Assembly: GCA_051313645.2 (NCBI GenBank)
Contig: JBNRSN020000002.1
Coordinates: 36,332,001-36,396,000 of the forward strand
Source: Centroscyllium fabricii
Taxonomy: Eukaryota
DNA length: 64,000 bases
Direction of reading: 5' to 3'
The position numbers were made by a program, and so were the translations under genes. Shown piece after piece: positions 22,459-36,444 of the stretch (the first letter of the stretch is position 1; the number at the start of each line of letters is the position of its first letter). The notes beneath the pieces were generated by a model, which was given only the letters and a program-made list of their open reading frames with translations, was not told where the DNA came from and did not search any database.

Positions 22459-23275
22459 GGGGGAATTTTCCCGGGTCCATGAGGGCGGGTTTCCGGCGGG
22501 GCGGGGCCTAAAATTACAAAACCGGGGGGTTGCGACCCCCGCCCCCCCCCCCCACCCCCCCCCCCGCCGGATCCCCGCCAATTTGCACTTTTCCACAGGC
22601 CTGCTTTCCCACCTCGATTCTTTCCCGCCCGACACCAGCGGGGCTAATCGTTGAGGTAATTAGTGGCCCTTAATTGCCATGGGTAATCACATTTTAAGGG
22701 CCCCTCGCAATTTTAAAGGCCTTCCCACTCATTCCCTGCCATCCTGAAACCCCGCCGGTGAAAGCTAGCGGGATCACAGTCGGCTAGGTCACTTTCACCT
22801 TCAAGGCATTGAAGGACCTGCAGCAGAATGCCTTCCAGGCCTTCAACATTCTGGAGGTGTAAGTGACTCACTTTTCTGATGGCCATCTGTGGTGAAAACA
22901 CTGAAAAGACTCACCTTGACAGATGATGAAATGCTTGGTCCCGAACTCTGAAAGATTTCCAGAGCGTCCGTGCACCAGTCACTCAACACACTTGGGCTTT
23001 GCGATTGGTTGCACTCCACTGTGATGTCACAGTGGACTGTTTCCATGGAAACTGATGACAGTCCCTAGAACTGTCCATCAAAGATCCAGCTCCCAGCTGC
23101 AGCCTATTGCTTTCTGACTCGATTCAGGCAATTGGAAGTGGCTCCCCGCACACGGGGAATTAATAGGCCACTTAAGCCAAATTTGCGTGGGGTTCCCAGG
23201 CCCTTGGGCAGGCGGGCCAGAAACCCGACCCGACCAAAACCCGCCAAATTGCCGCACCTTCGGGAAAATCCCCAC
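22459..23275. mobile_element. Old GC-rich MITE family (Harbinger-like TIRs)
   Basis: TIR GGGG(G/A)ATTTTCCCG. Internal segment ~22730-22870 is homologous, in opposite orientation, to ~35360-35510 and ~62230-62365. Confidence 0.6.
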
Positions 23276-23295
23276 TGTAGTATCAGATACATATT

Positions 23296-24067
23296 GGGCC
23301 AGAAATTAGCCCTGGAGCCTTTGTGCGAGTGCAGTGCTCCTATTTGCACTTACCCAGCACTTTTTCCGTTTTGAATTTTTGCACTGTGACTTCCGAGTTG
23401 TACAGCTTGTCAGAGCTCTGTGCGAGCTGCTTGTGCAAATGAATGGCGTAATTAGTTCGAAATCTCCCACGAGATCACGTGATCGGCAGGGAGCCAATCA
23501 ATGGAAGCAATCCTCCATTCAAAACTTACACGGAGAAATCTGTGTAACTTTTGAAAAGAGAGATCTTCCAAAACACATCTAAACTCAAAAATAAAATTTT
23601 TAAAACACCACATTTTTTTAACAGTCCTCCAACTAACATAGATTACCTATTTTATAGAAAAAATAAAAATTTAGATTTTTTTTTACACTCTTTAACAGGC
23701 CTAAAAGAATACTTACCTGTCTTTAAAGTTAACAAAAATTATAAACCTGAAAGAACAACACTTAAAATCAATAAAATAAAGACTTACCTGCTAAAAACGG
23801 GTGCTTACGACTGGTATTTTCAAGCGTAGAATCTTCAATACTTACCCCGATGAAAATCTTTTTAAAAAATGGAAAGTCATTGCGCACCACGTGGTGCGCA
23901 GGTCCGTGCGATAATCATCGCAGCAGCTCTGCCCCCCCCCCCCCCCCCCACTGGCCGCCTTCGGAATGTCATGGAACAGCTGAAAATGGCTGCTTGATGC
24001 GATTTGGAGCTCGGATGCGCTTGCACCCGAGCTCCAAATCATAAACAGCGATCGGAAATACTGGCCC
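23296..24067. mobile_element. MITE with GGGCCAG...CTGGCCC termini and AT-rich centre
   Basis: Short TIRs GGGCCAGAAATT / AAATACTGGCCC. Confidence 0.5.
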
Positions 24068-24140
24068 AATGTTTTGGTATATCCAGAGAAATGGCTTTAT
24101 TTTCTTCAGTGTTAGAACCTGAGGAACTAATTGTGTATGC

Positions 24141-24355
24141 TGTGGCGACACGCCCACCTGCAACATCGAACCCGCTCGGGAGTGCTGCAAGACGGCCCCG
24201 CCCGCCGGGCGGCGTGCTGACGTTGCCGCGATCCCCGACGTGATGACGTCACCAGGTGGTCAACCGGCAGTGACGTCACCTACCGCGGGACCTTTAAATA
24301 CCTGGGCTCCAGGTGGCTCACTGTCTTTTTCCACCTGGCCCTAGCTGTAACTACA
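24141..24355 (+). mobile_element. Solo LTR related to the Gypsy LTR at 2110/6313
   Basis: Starts TGTGGCGACACGCCCAC (cf. TGTGGCGGCACGCCCAC). Shares TGACGTCACC..CCGCGGGAC..TTTAAATAC and ends CTACA. No TSD seen. Confidence 0.7.
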
Positions 24356-24897
24356 TTAAATGATAACTTTCCGAATCCTCTGTGTCCAGTGTGGTTCTTC
24401 GGCCCTGCATGCCTCTACAATGCCTTGGATGATGCAACTAAAGTCTGAAAAGTGAGTGTGTAGGGCACGCCAATGCTAACAAAAGAAAGAGCCAGAAGCC
24501 CTCTCCTCTTCTTGATTTGCTGCTTGAATATCACAACCTTTAATGAGCAGTTCTACTTGCTATCTCTCTAAACCATCTCAATATAATGCTGTACTAATAA
24601 GGATTTATATTGGGAAGCAATATTTTCCCACAGGTTTTTATCATGTGAAAATGACTTTTTGACTCATGCAAAATGTCAATGAGGTTATGAAGCACAGAAA
24701 TTAGTAAAGTGTCTATATTAAAAAAAATACTTTAACACTGGCTTTTAAAGTCTTTGTGAGTGTGTTTTGTGCCCATTTCAGAAGACAAGGTTTGGATTAT
24801 TTGAAAAACATAAACCCACCCATCAAATTTGAGCCTTCATGGTACTGTTTGAGAGATTTGAGAATCAGACACAGCCCCCAAAGGGTTTTAGTCAAGA

Positions 24898-25270
24898 CAT
24901 AGAAACATAGAAGAGAGGAGCATTCGGCCCTTCGAGCCTGCTCCGCCATTCAATGAGGTCATGGCTGATCATCCAAACCCAGTATCCTGTCCCTGCATCC
25001 CTATCGAGCCTGCACCGACACATATCCCACCCTATCCCCGTAACCCCACATATTCAATCCCCCTAACACTAAGGGTCAATTTATCCTGGCCAATCAACCT
25101 AACCCGCACATCTTTGGACTGTGGGAGGAAACCGGAGCACCCGGAGGAAACCCACGCAGACACGGGGAGAATGTGCAAACTCCACACAGATAGTACCCGA
25201 GGCTGGATTTGAACCCGGGTCTCCAGTGCTGTGAGACAACAGTGCTAACCACTATGCCACCGTGCCGCCC
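24898..25270 (-). mobile_element. HE1-type V-SINE
   Basis: Near-identical to the other HE1 copies, with small tail deletions. Confidence 0.9.
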
Positions 25271-25307
25271 CTTAGTTATTTAATGGAATACAATTGCTTT
25301 GGCGGTA

Positions 25308-25634
25308 CAGGTTCACAATCCCTTAACCGCAACTCCGAAAACCGAAAACCTTTATAACCTAATTGACATGTTGCGGCAAAATAACTTTTTTTCTTAAATA
25401 AATTGAACTAAGTGACCAGCTGCAGCATTTATCACTGAGAAAAAAGGTATTTTTACCTAAGGGCAAGGTTACAGGTTGCTGTTGATGCTGTGCTAAGGAA
25501 ATAAACTGTTGATAAGCCGTTCCCTGCCTGCGCACTGGGCCGCCAACACGGCAATGCGCATGCGCACTGGGCACCACCCCAAAAAACGAAAAATGCTGAA
25601 AACCGAGGGTATCGGATAAGGGATTGTGTACCTG
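25308..25634. mobile_element. Tigger/pogo-like MITE
   Basis: TA TSD. TIRs CAGGT(T/A)CACAATCCCTTA(A/T)CCG. Confidence 0.8.
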
Positions 25635-26500
25635 TAATACATTAATAAATAAATGTTACGGTCTAAGTAGTGCAGTCTTCGCTGGAAAAATAATGCAAAG
25701 CTAAAAATCTTCAACTTCATGTTTGCCATATATTAAAACAAGGAGACTTCAAATGAGCAGCCTGAAACCTAACAGCATCACCATCAACGGTGCTGAGATT
25801 ATATGTAAAAATAGTTCTCTTTAAAATATGTTCATTATATATGTGAGCAAACAGGATTGCAGTGTTGTGCAGGGGACTGCCAAAGAAGAAGTGTGTTAAT
25901 CAGAATAGGTTTCCATTGTAACAAATACAGCCCGAAACAATGTGTACACAAAGGAATACTCTGCATAGCTAGCCTTGTCTTAACTTTCGTTTAAATATGC
26001 ATAAGCCTATTTCCTAAAGGAGTGCAAGATAAAATACTTTAATGCAAGCCACTTTCCCCATCACTTAATCCATTTTTAAATGTCAGATACTCCATCTTCA
26101 TTAACTTGATTCTTCCTATTCAGTGCCCTGATTTGTTTTTTTAATGTTCATGGATATCAGTGTCACGATTTCAATCTATGAACGAAATAATGTCGGTTCT
26201 GTATTTTTGACCTTTTCTTAGTTTTAAAAACACAATGCTCACTTTTTCCATAAGTACAAGCAGACCTCCTGCAATGTGGCACGCGGTAGGTCCGTGGATA
26301 CGTTACATGTAGTTGGGCTGCTGTTGTAGTGGAGCTGGGATTGTGCCTCCGCAGGTCAGGACCATCTGCAGACGCTGGTAACATGTTTGTTTAATGCATC
26401 TCAGACACACAGTGCATGCATGCGTCATCTTCAAAACATTCACCGATGTTCTGTCGAGGATGTAAACAGGACCTTTACGCGCTCTCTTCTGCCCCATCTC

Positions 26501-29296
26501 AAACATAGAAACACAGAAGATAGGAGCAGGAGTAGGCCATTCAGCCCTTCGAGCCTGCTCCGCCATTTTTTGACAAGATCATGGCTGATCATCCAAACCC
26601 AGCACCCCACTCCTACCCTCTCCCCATATCCCCCCGACACCCCCAACTCTAAGAACTATATCTCACACGCATACTCATGGGCAATTTTTAGTATCTCCAA
26701 TTCACCTAACCTGCAGACCCTTCTACCTGCCTCGGGAATTTACGGCCGTCATCTTCACTGCGGTCTACATCCCTCTACACGCAAATGCCAAACTGACACT
26801 CAAGGATCTCCACAGGGCCATCAGCGAGCAGCAGACCGCGCATCCAGAAGGAGCCTTTATCGTGGTGGGGGACTTCCACCACGCTAACCTCAAATCCGTA
26901 CTACCGAAATTTCACAAGAATGTCTCCTGCCCCACGAGGGGCAAGAACACGCTGGACCAGGTCTACATCAACATCGCAGAGGCTTACAAAGCCATCCCGT
27001 GCCCCCACATCGGGAATTCCGACCACCTTTCACTGTTCCTCGCCCCAGCATACAAACCACTCATCAAAAGGGTGAAAGCTTCAGCCAAAACAGTCAGGGT
27101 ATGGCCAGAAGGGGCAGTCTCAGAGCTACAAGACTGCTTCGAACGCACTGAATGGAGCATGTTCGCTCACACGGACATCGAGGAATACGCATCCACAGTG
27201 CTTTTTTACATCAACAGCTGTGTCGAGGTGGTCACTACCCTAAAAAACATCAAGACATTCCCCAACCAGAAACCCTGGATGAACGGGGAGGTCCGCTCGC
27301 TGCTGAAAGCGCGTGACACAGCTTTCAAATCTGGGGATGTAGCGGCTTACAGCACAGCCAGGGCCAACCTAAAGAGGGGTATCAGGTCTGCCAAACAAAA
27401 TCAGACATTGAAGACAGAGGAACACTTTCACAACAACTCAGACCCTCGACGTATGTGGCAAGGCATACAGTCCATCACGGACTACAAGTGCAGAAACGCC
27501 AGCCCCCCGACCAGCGATGCCTCCCTACCGGAGGAACTCAACAACTTCTACGCTCGCTTCGACAGGGACAACAGGGAGCCAGCCACCAAAGTCCTGCAAT
27601 CCCCAGAAGACCAGCCATTAACACTGTCTTTCTCCGACGTAAGAGGTGCTCTACGTGGAGTGAATGCACGGAAGGCCGCGGGTCCTGATGGCATCCCCGG
27701 CCGGGCACTCAAAGAATGTGCCGACCAACTGGCTGAAGTCTTCACTGACATATTCAACATGTCACTGGCGAAGGCAGCTGTCCCTACCTGCTTCAAGACT
27801 GCCACCATCATCCCTGTGCCCAAGAAAACGGCCGTGACGTGCCTGAACGACTACCGCCCTGTCGCACTTACACCCATTATCATGAAGTGTTCGAGCGGCT
27901 GGTCCTGGCCCACATCAAACACAGCATCCCCGCCGCCCTGGACCAATACCAGTTCGCCTACCGTGGGAACAGATCTACGGAAGATGCTTTCACTACGGCT
28001 CTTCACTCTGCACTAAACCACCTGGATAGCAAAGATACGTATATCAGAATGCTGTTTATTGACTACAGCTCAGCATTCAACACCATCGTATCCAGCAAAT
28101 TGTCTAACAAACTCCTCACCCTCGGCCTGAACACCTCCCTCTGCAACTGGACCCTGGACTTCCTAACCAACAGACCACAGTCAGTCAAGTTAGGCAACCT
28201 CACCTCCCCCCCTTACCCTGAACACGGGGGCCCCACAAGGCTGTGTGCTGAGCCCCCTCCTCTACTCCTTCTTCACTCACGACTGTGCGGCTGTCCATGG
28301 CTCCAACACGATCATCAAGTTTGCGGATGACACCACGGTGGTTGGCCAGATCACCAACAACGACGAGTCAGCCTACAGGGAAGAGATGCAGTGCCTTGTG
28401 GGATGGTGTGCCGACAACAACCTGGCACTGAACACCAAGAAAACTAAGGAGATCATAGTAAACTTCCGGAGGACTGGAAGCAGAAGACACACCCCCATCT
28501 TCATCCAAGGGGCTGAGGTGGAAAGGGTGTCCAGCTTCAAGTTCCTCGGGGTCCACATCTCGGAAGACCTCTCCTGGTCACTAAACACCTCCTGTACAGC
28601 GCCTGTACTTCCTAAGGAAGCTGAAGAAAGCCAGGCTGTCATCCGGCATCCTCTCCAACTTCTGCCGCTGCACAATCGAAAGCATACTGACAAGCTGCAT
28701 CACAGTCTGGTATGGAAATTGCACCATCTCGGACCGGAAGACCCTGCAGAGGGTAGTCAAAACTGCCCAACGAATCACCGGTACCCAGCTACCGTCAATG
28801 GAAAGCATCCACCTCAAACGCTGCCTACGGAGGTCTCTGAACATTATTAAAGACCCCACATACCCCAGCCACAGTTTGTTCGCCCCCCTGCCCTCCAGGA
28901 GTCGCTACAGATCAATTCGCACCCGCACGACTAGATTTAAGAACAGCTTCTTCCCCAGGGCTGTCAGCCTCCTGAACTCTAAAAATAAACTCCGGTACCT
29001 GCACACCTGAAAATGTACTTTACTGTATGCAATTTGCATGTAATTTATTTGCACTACTCTCGGGAGCATCGAGTCTTCGTCTCGTGGTATTGTACTAGTA
29101 CTCTGCAATGACAATAAAACTTGAATTGAATTGAATTGCATGTCTTTGGGTGGTGGGAGGAAACCGGAGTACCCGGAGAAAATCCACACGAACACGGGGA
29201 GAACATGAAAACTCCGCGCAGAGAGGTCCCGGGCCAAGCAGGATTCGAACCCAGGAGCTCCTTATTGCGAGGCAGAAGTGCTAACCACTGCGCCAC
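26501..29296 (-). mobile_element. Second V-SINE family copy split by a Rex1 insertion
   Basis: Rejoins as CCTAACCTGCA|TGTCTTTGGGTGG, as in the uninterrupted copy at ~14235-14260. Confidence 0.8.
26712..29136 (+). mobile_element. Rex1/Babar LINE, 5'-truncated, frameshifted EN+RT
   Basis: [48 protein letters not shown] motifs, (TTGAA)n tail, TGCA at both junctions. Confidence 0.9.
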
Positions 29297-29373
29297 AGCT
29301 CCTTCTCGCTAATCAAATTTGACTTTTACTTTTGTTTCTTATCCTCATGGTTACTTCCTCTTTTTTTACACAA

Positions 29374-29830
29374 GAACATACGAAATAGGAGCAGGAGTAG
29401 GCCAATTAGCCCCTCGAGCCCGCTCCGCCATTCAACAAGATCATGGCTGATCTGATCCTAACCTCAATTTTATTTTTACTCCCCATCCCGCCCGAACCCA
29501 TGTGATCACCCGGAAGAGGCGAAAAATCAGATTAAAAACCCAGTGGCCAATTTGGAAGAAAAAAACTGGGAAACTCCTCTCCGACCCATCTAGGTGATCG
29601 AAAACTGGTCCAGGAGTTCACATGGCCGATCTGAACCTAGCCTCACGTCCACTTTCCTGCCCGCTCACCATAACCCCTAATTCCCTTTACTTCCAGGAAA
29701 CTGTCTGTCTCTGTTTTAAATGTATTCAATGTAGCAGCTTCCACAGCTCTCTGGGGCAGCAAATTCCACAGCCCCACCACCCTCTGAGTGAAAAAGTTTC
29801 TCCTCATCTCAGTTTTGAAATAGCAGCCCC
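29374..29830 (-). mobile_element. CR1 3' fragment with a ~150-bp internal insertion
   Basis: CR1 tail homology. GATCTGA.CCTA.CCTCA repeated on both sides of ~29470-29625. Confidence 0.6.
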
Positions 29831-29945
29831 TCTCTCTCCTTTCTTAACTTTCTTCTTTCCCCTCTCTTCTTTCCTACCTTTAATATTATTTTCCTGTCTG
29901 TACTTTCTCTCATGTTTTTTGTTTCTTCTTGCTTACTGAACCTAA

Positions 29946-30348
29946 GGGCGGCACGGTGGCATAGTGGTTACCACTGTTGCCTTACAGCACTGGAGACCCG
30001 GGTTCAAATCCGGCCTTGGGTACTATCTGTGTGGAGTTTGCACATTCTCCACGTGTCTGCGTGGGTTTCCTCCGGGTGCTCCGGTTTCCTCCCACAGTCC
30101 AAAGATGTGCGGGTTAGGTTGATTGGCCAGGATAAATTGACCCTTAGTGTTAGGGGGATTGAATATGTGGGGTTACGGGGATAGGGTGCGATATGTGTCG
30201 GTGCAGGCTCGATAGGGATCGAGGGATATGGGGAGAGGGCAGGGACAGGGTACTGGGTTTGGATGATCAGCCATGATCTCATTGAATGGCGGAGCAGGCT
30301 CAAAGGGCCGAATGGCCTACTCCTGCTCCTATCTTCTATGTTTCTATG
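29946..30348 (+). mobile_element. HE1-type V-SINE
   Basis: Full head, V-domain and CR1 tail. Confidence 0.9.
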
Positions 30349-31522
30349 TATTCTACATTTTTGGCCCACACTACTTTGCCCTCTTTCCTGCCCAGATGTA
30401 GTGCATAGCTGCAAAAATAAAGGCAACATTTTAACACATGCATGGATTAACTTTTGGGTTGGGCCTGATGCTTCTCACTGTGATGAGTATCACTTTTTAT
30501 TTTAAAAGGCAGAACGTTACCTATTTCAGAAAATTTACAATAAAGTAATGCAAACAAAAAATGCTATAAAGCAGCACTCGAGTGAACATTGATGGTGCCT
30601 TGTGGCTTTTTTTGCACCATTCAAATTCCGAGCCCAGCCCTATGGTGCACGTGTTCAGTGAATCTAAATGACGCAATCAGTAATGTAAAAGTACCAGAAA
30701 CTAATTGAAACAAAGCATAAAATATCACACATGCAGGACCATGCAATCGCTGGACAAGCATAATTCAGACTCCTTTTGGCTACACAAAATGGATGGTTAA
30801 GGCCAACTAATAATGAAAAGTGCAATCAGGTACTGGAAATTAAGCCATTATATCGGTCTCAGAGGAAATGTTTTCCAGTGATTTACAGCACTGCATAGAC
30901 AACTGTCATTGGTAGGTTGGAAATTCAGGATTCGTTGTTTAGCTATATCTTTGGCGGTTTCTCAATAGTAGTTTTGCAGACATTGTCGTCGCTATTGATT
31001 CATAACCTTCTCCATTCTGATGTCTTGGTGTTTGACAAATATGAAATTTCAGCCAATGGGCTGCAATACACTTGCAAATAAGGAAGTGCAATGCTGAAGA
31101 GTGATAGAGGAAGTGTGATGAAAACATACGCTGGCTTGTTTTTCTAATAATTGCAGTATGTCCGATGACACGATATTTCATAGGAAAGGAGGCGCTAAAC
31201 CGTGCAAGATGCAATGTAATATTCTGCTAAAGTGGAGTAAGGCTAGTAAGTCTAATTGTTATTCAGAAAATAGAGACTCAGTTCAATCAGAGGTTAATTG
31301 TTGGTCAGCCAGGGAACTTTGCAGATTGGAATGTGTTGGTCAGAGTGCAGGTAAGAACCACTGAGTATTTTTTAGTTGTTTACTATCGAAGCTGTGATGC
31401 TTGAGTGTGATGGACAAAAAGCATACATCTCTACCATTTGTTGTTATATTAACTAGCAGGTCTCCCATGCAAGTGCTTATGTTCAGTTGGAGGATATGCT
31501 GTTTTATAACAAAGCTGTGTTT

Positions 31523-31931
31523 TAGAAACATAGAAACATAGAAGATAGGAGCAGGAGTAGGCCATTCGGCCCTTCGAGCCTGCTCCGCCATTCAATGAGA
31601 TTATGTCTGATCATCTAAACCTAGTACCCCACCCCTGCCCTCTCCCCATATCCCTCGATCCCCATCGAACCTGCACAGACACATATCCCACCCTATCCCC
31701 GTAACCCCACATATTCAATCCCCCTAACACTAAGGGTCAATTTATCCTGGCCAATCAACCTAACCCGCACATCTTTGGACTGTGGGAGGAAACTGGAGCA
31801 CCCGGAGGAAACCCATGCAGACACAGGGAGAATGTGCAAACTCCACACAGATAGTACCCGAGGCTGGATTTGAACCCGGGTCTCCAGTGCTGTGAGGCAA
31901 CAGTGCTAACCACTGTGCCACCGCGCCGCCC
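31523..31931 (-). mobile_element. HE1-type V-SINE
   Basis: Full head, V-domain and CR1 tail. Confidence 0.9.
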
Positions 31932-32099
31932 ATCAACAAAGTGTGGTAAGAAACATGTAACAGGAAATAAAATTGACACTTTACAGGAAGTGCTCGCTAT
32001 GTGCAAGGCTTGTGATATGTTACAGATGTGGTAAGCCAGATCAATCTATTATAGATAGATATATGCTTTGGATATAAATATGAACACAATCTAGTATAT

Positions 32100-32440
32100 T
32101 GCTGTCAGAGTGCTGCATTGTCAGAGGTGCCGTCCTTTGGCTGAGACATTAAACCGAGGTCCCCCTACTTGGGCAGATGTATAGGATTCCATGGCTACTT
32201 AAAGGAGATCAGGGAGCCGCCGCCACCCCCTCCCCCCCCCAACCCCACGTCCTGTCCAACATTCCTCCATCAACTGACACCACTGAAAAAACAGATGATC
32301 CAGTCATTCATCTGTGGGACTTTGTTGTGTACAAATTGACTTAACGCGTTTGTCTACATAACAATGGTGAATTGAAAGTGCTTTGGAACTCCCTGAGAAT
32401 GTAACAGGTGCCGTATAAATGAATGTACTTTCATTCTTTC
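32100..32440 (+). mobile_element. Degraded Deu-domain SINE (DeuSINE/SacSINE1-like)
   Basis: GAGGTGCCGTCCTTTGGCTGAGACATTAAACCGAGG Deu-like core and L2-like tail (AAAGTGCTTTGG...TATAAATG). Confidence 0.6.
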
Positions 32441-32504
32441 AAGCAAGTCCCTCCGTAATACAAAGGGTATCAATCAAAAAAACGGCCTTCTTTTCTGCAT
32501 CTCA

Positions 32505-33090
32505 GAGTCACAGAATGAGGACATTCAGCCCATCTCATCCATGCCGGCTCTCTGTCGAGCAATCCAGTCAGTCCCATTCCCCCACTCTATCCCCATAACC
32601 CTGCGAGTTTATTTCCCTCAAGTGCCTATCCATTCTCCCCTTGAAAACATTGAGTGTCTCCGCTTCCACCACTTCCGTCGGCAGCGAGTTCCAGGTCCTC
32701 ACCACTCACTGTGTAAACAGTTTTTCCTCACATTCCCCCTGTATCTCTTGCCCAAAACCTTAAATCTGTGTCCTCTTGTACCATCAACTAGTGGGAACAG
32801 CCTTTCCCCGTCTAGCCTATCCAAATCCGTCATAATCTTGTACACATTCTATCAAATCAACTCAACCTCCTTTGCTCTAATGAAAACAAATCCAGCTTCT
32901 CCAACCCGTCCTTGGTAGCTAAGATCCTCCATCCCCAGAACCATTCTGGTAAATCTCCTCTGCACCCTCTCAAGGGCCTTCACATCCTTCCTAAAGTGTG
33001 GTGACCAGAACTGGACTCAATGCTCCAGTTGTGGCCTAACCAGCGCTTTATAAAGGTTCAGCATAACTTCTCCACTTTTGTACTCAATGA
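32505..33090 (-). mobile_element. CR1 LINE 3' fragment
   Basis: Reverse complement reads CR1 C-terminal sequence (GTCCAGTTCTGGTCACCACAC...). Confidence 0.7.
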
Positions 33091-33784
33091 GCTGGATTAT
33101 GCCAATGGGGGGCTTTTGGAGGCGGAACTCCCACTTGTCAGGTTTCACTCCCGTTTCCATCTACTTCTGGCCAACCCACGCTATTTTCCCTTGATTGACC
33201 TTGTTAAGCCCACCCAGCAGGCTTAGCAGGCCAATTAAGGGACAGCCCATTACAGACAACGTCAACTTATGACAGGTGAATTGTCATTGTTTGACAGCTC
33301 TGTGAAGCTGTCAAACATTGACATTCTCTGTAGTTTGATGAATTCTTGACTCATCAAATCTCGTTATTTAGCAGAAATTAGATGGTTGCTGCATTGGAGA
33401 ATGCAGCGGCCATCTGTCATCTCTGCCGCGGAGGTGCGAGACTCTCCACTTACCCAACTCTTGAAGCCTGCAGGAAGAAACAAAGGTAAGTAAACTTTTA
33501 CTGACACTTTCCACTTACCTCACAGACTCATCTCTCTACACTTGCACCCATCACTTATCTTCACAGCGCACCTTTGCACCCCTCAGACGCCCGTAGACCC
33601 ACTGCTCACCTCGGTGACCCTGGCGGGGTTCGGAGCCTTCAGGAAGCCCGCACTTGTCTGGGCAAAATGGGGATTATCCTCTTATCTGCCTGTTAACTAG
33701 CTGTTAACGGGCAGACAAGTGGCACTAATTCCCTTCCTGCCTCGAAGGAGATGGGACCCGGCACGGGTCGGCTACCCACCACCT

Positions 33785-34140
33785 TTTTTTAAATTCATTG
33801 ATGGGATGTGGGCGTCGCTGGCTGGCTAGGCCTGCATTTAGTGCCCATCCCTAATTGCCCTTGAAAAGATGGTGGTGAGCCACCTTATTGAACCGCTGCA
33901 GTCCATATGGTGCAGGTACACCCACAATGTTGTTAGGAAGGGAGTTCCAGGAGTTTGGCACAGCGACAGTGAAGGAGCGGCGATACAGGTCCAAGTCAGG
34001 ATGGTGTGTGGCTTGGAGGGGAACTTGTAGGTGGTGCTGTTCCCATGCATCTGCTGCCCTTGTCCTTCTAAGTGGTAGATGTCACGGTTTTGGAAGGTGC
34101 TGTTGAAGGTAGAGGTCGCGGGTTTGGAAGGTGCTGTTGA
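33785..34140 (-). mobile_element. CR1/Jockey-group LINE 3' end
   Basis: Close reverse-complement match to 1-231. Confidence 0.75.
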
Positions 34141-34257
34141 ACCTCCATGCCAACCTGGCAAGTTGGCATGGAGGTAGGCGGGTTGGGCACCTGCCCCCAG
34201 ATTCTGCCATTTTCCCGGCATTGCCCCCTCCTTACCCGCCTCCCCAGGGCTGGCAAG

Positions 34258-34570
34258 ATTACACCCAACACCTCTATTTATGAAGCGCAAGATCCCATAT
34301 GCTTTGCTAACTGCTCTCTCAATATGTCCTGCCACCTTCAGGGAGCTATGTACATTCACTCCGAGGTCCCTCTGTCCCTGCACACTCTTTAAAACGGTGC
34401 CATTAAGTGTATATTGCCTCTCCCTGTTCCTTCTGCCAAAATGCATCACCTCACACTTCTCTGTATTAAATTCCATCTGCCACTTGTCTGCCCATTCTGC
34501 TCGCCTTTCTAAGTCCCGTTGCAGTCGATTGGTATCATCCTCACAGTTTGCCAAGTTTGGTGTCATCGGC
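34258..34570 (-). mobile_element. CR1 RT fragment
   Basis: LQRDLE..EWADKWQMEFNTEKCEVMHFG. Confidence 0.75.
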
Positions 34571-34839
34571 AAGAGGTGATAGCCTCTTCCCCGGTACTCC
34601 AACAATAGCATCGCTCTGTTTTCTCATTTGTACCAGCAGCAGTTCCACATCAGCCTCTGAAAAATTAGACACATTGTAGCATTCTGAGGGAGGCGAGGGA
34701 GGGAATTGCTAAAGCTCAACAAACGATAGCCCCGATTTTAATCTAACCCAATGGCAGGAATGGGGTGGGTTCGGGACGGACAACCGTTTTACACCCCCAC
34801 CCAATATTACGCCCCACTCCCTCCCATGCAGAGTGACGC

Positions 34840-36055
34840 CTGTATGAACAGGCTGGGGCACTTTTCTCTTCAAAGCAGAAGGCTGAGGGGTGACCTAATA
34901 GAGGTCTTTAAAATTGTGAAAGGTTTTGATAGAATAGATACAGAGAAAATGGAAGGGATTTTGCCGGAAGCGCGGGAACCTGGCGGGGATTGGTCGGGGC
35001 GGCTTCCTGTCCCGCGCGCCCGAAGACCTGGGAAGCCCACGCAATTTTCATTTCATTGAGTTATTAAATCCCCGCCTGCGGCAGCCGGTGGTAATTGTCT
35101 CAATCGAGTCGGGGCTCCAGCGGGGATCGAGCAGCTTGATTGACAGTTCCAGCACTGGTTGTTGACAGTTCCCATGGAAACATTCCGCTGTGACATCACA
35201 GTCGAGTGGAACCAATGGGAAAGGGCAACTGCTGGTGACTGACAGGTGGGCGGGCGGGTTCCGAATCCTTGACAGCTCGGCACCGGCTGTGAGGAAATGT
35301 GCAAAGCTGAGATTTCTCAGTTTTTGCCCACAGCTGGTGCACCCACCACAGAGTGACTTACTCCTCCAAGGTGCTGGAGGCATGCAAAGCATTTTGCAGC
35401 ATGTCCTTCAACACCTTGAAGGAGAAAGTAATGAACAATGCTGTGCTCGCGCTGGGGTTCACCCAGCGGGGTTTTAGGCTGGTGGGGTTAGGGTGGGAAT
35501 GGCATGAAAATTCGGAAGGGCCCTTAAAATGGCATTGAACATGCCAATTAAGGGCCCTTAACGAGCTGACAACCCATCCCCGCCGGCCGGCGGCGGGAGG
35601 GTTTCGGGGTGGGGAATCGGGGCGGGGGACAATGTTAAAGCAGCGGGGATCCAGCGGGGGGGGGGGGGTGTCGCGACTCACTGGTTCCGCTATTTTGCCG
35701 GCCGACCACCCGAAAACCCCGCCTCACAGGGACAGGAAAATCCCCCCGTTTCCACTTGTGGGGAAGAGCAAACCAAGAGGCCATCAATATAAGAGAGTCA
35801 AAAATAAATCTTTACCCAGAGAGTGGTGAGAATGTGGAAGCCGCTACCACAGGGAGTGGTTGAAGCGAATAGTATAGATGCATTTAATGGGAGGCTGGAT
35901 GAGCATATGGGGGAGAAGGGAATCGAGGGTTGTACTGATAGAAGTAGCTGAGGAAAGATGGCTGGAGACTCGAGGGGAGCATAAACACCGGCATGGACTG
36001 GTTGGGCCGAATGGCCTGTTTCGGTGCTGTATAACCTACGTTATCCTATGTAAGA
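34840..36055 (+). mobile_element. CR1 3' fragment interrupted by a MITE (34952-35747)
   Basis: Rejoins as GAGAAAATG|TTTCCACTTGTGGGGAAGAGC. Homologous to 1970-2109 and 6558-6857. Confidence 0.75.
34952..35747. mobile_element. GC-rich MITE (family of 22459 and 61832)
   Basis: Termini GGGATTTTGCC / GGAAAATCCCCCC and shared internal segment. Confidence 0.6.
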
Positions 36056-36444
36056 TCGGATGAGGTGTGAAACGGGCGTCCAACCTGAAACCGAATCCCA
36101 TCGAGTAGGTCAGGTTAAAATTGGAGCTCATATTTCATAATTTTATTGAGTATGGATGTGTGCTGGAGGATTGGAGGCTAGCCAGTTCAGTGCCAATTTT
36201 TAAAAAGGGAGACCGAGCTAATCTGGGTAATTGTATGCCAGTTAGTTTAACATCTGTGGTGGAGAAAATGTTAAGAGTTTCTAATCAAGGATGAAATTGC
36301 CATATATCGCGATAAAAACAAAGGGGCCAGCAAAGATTTTAAAAGGGATGAAAGCCTTTGGAAAGGTGCAAAATAAATGATTACTAGAGAATTTAAGGTA
36401 TGTGGAATTAGGGGGGTGGACAACAAATTGGATTAACGATTGTT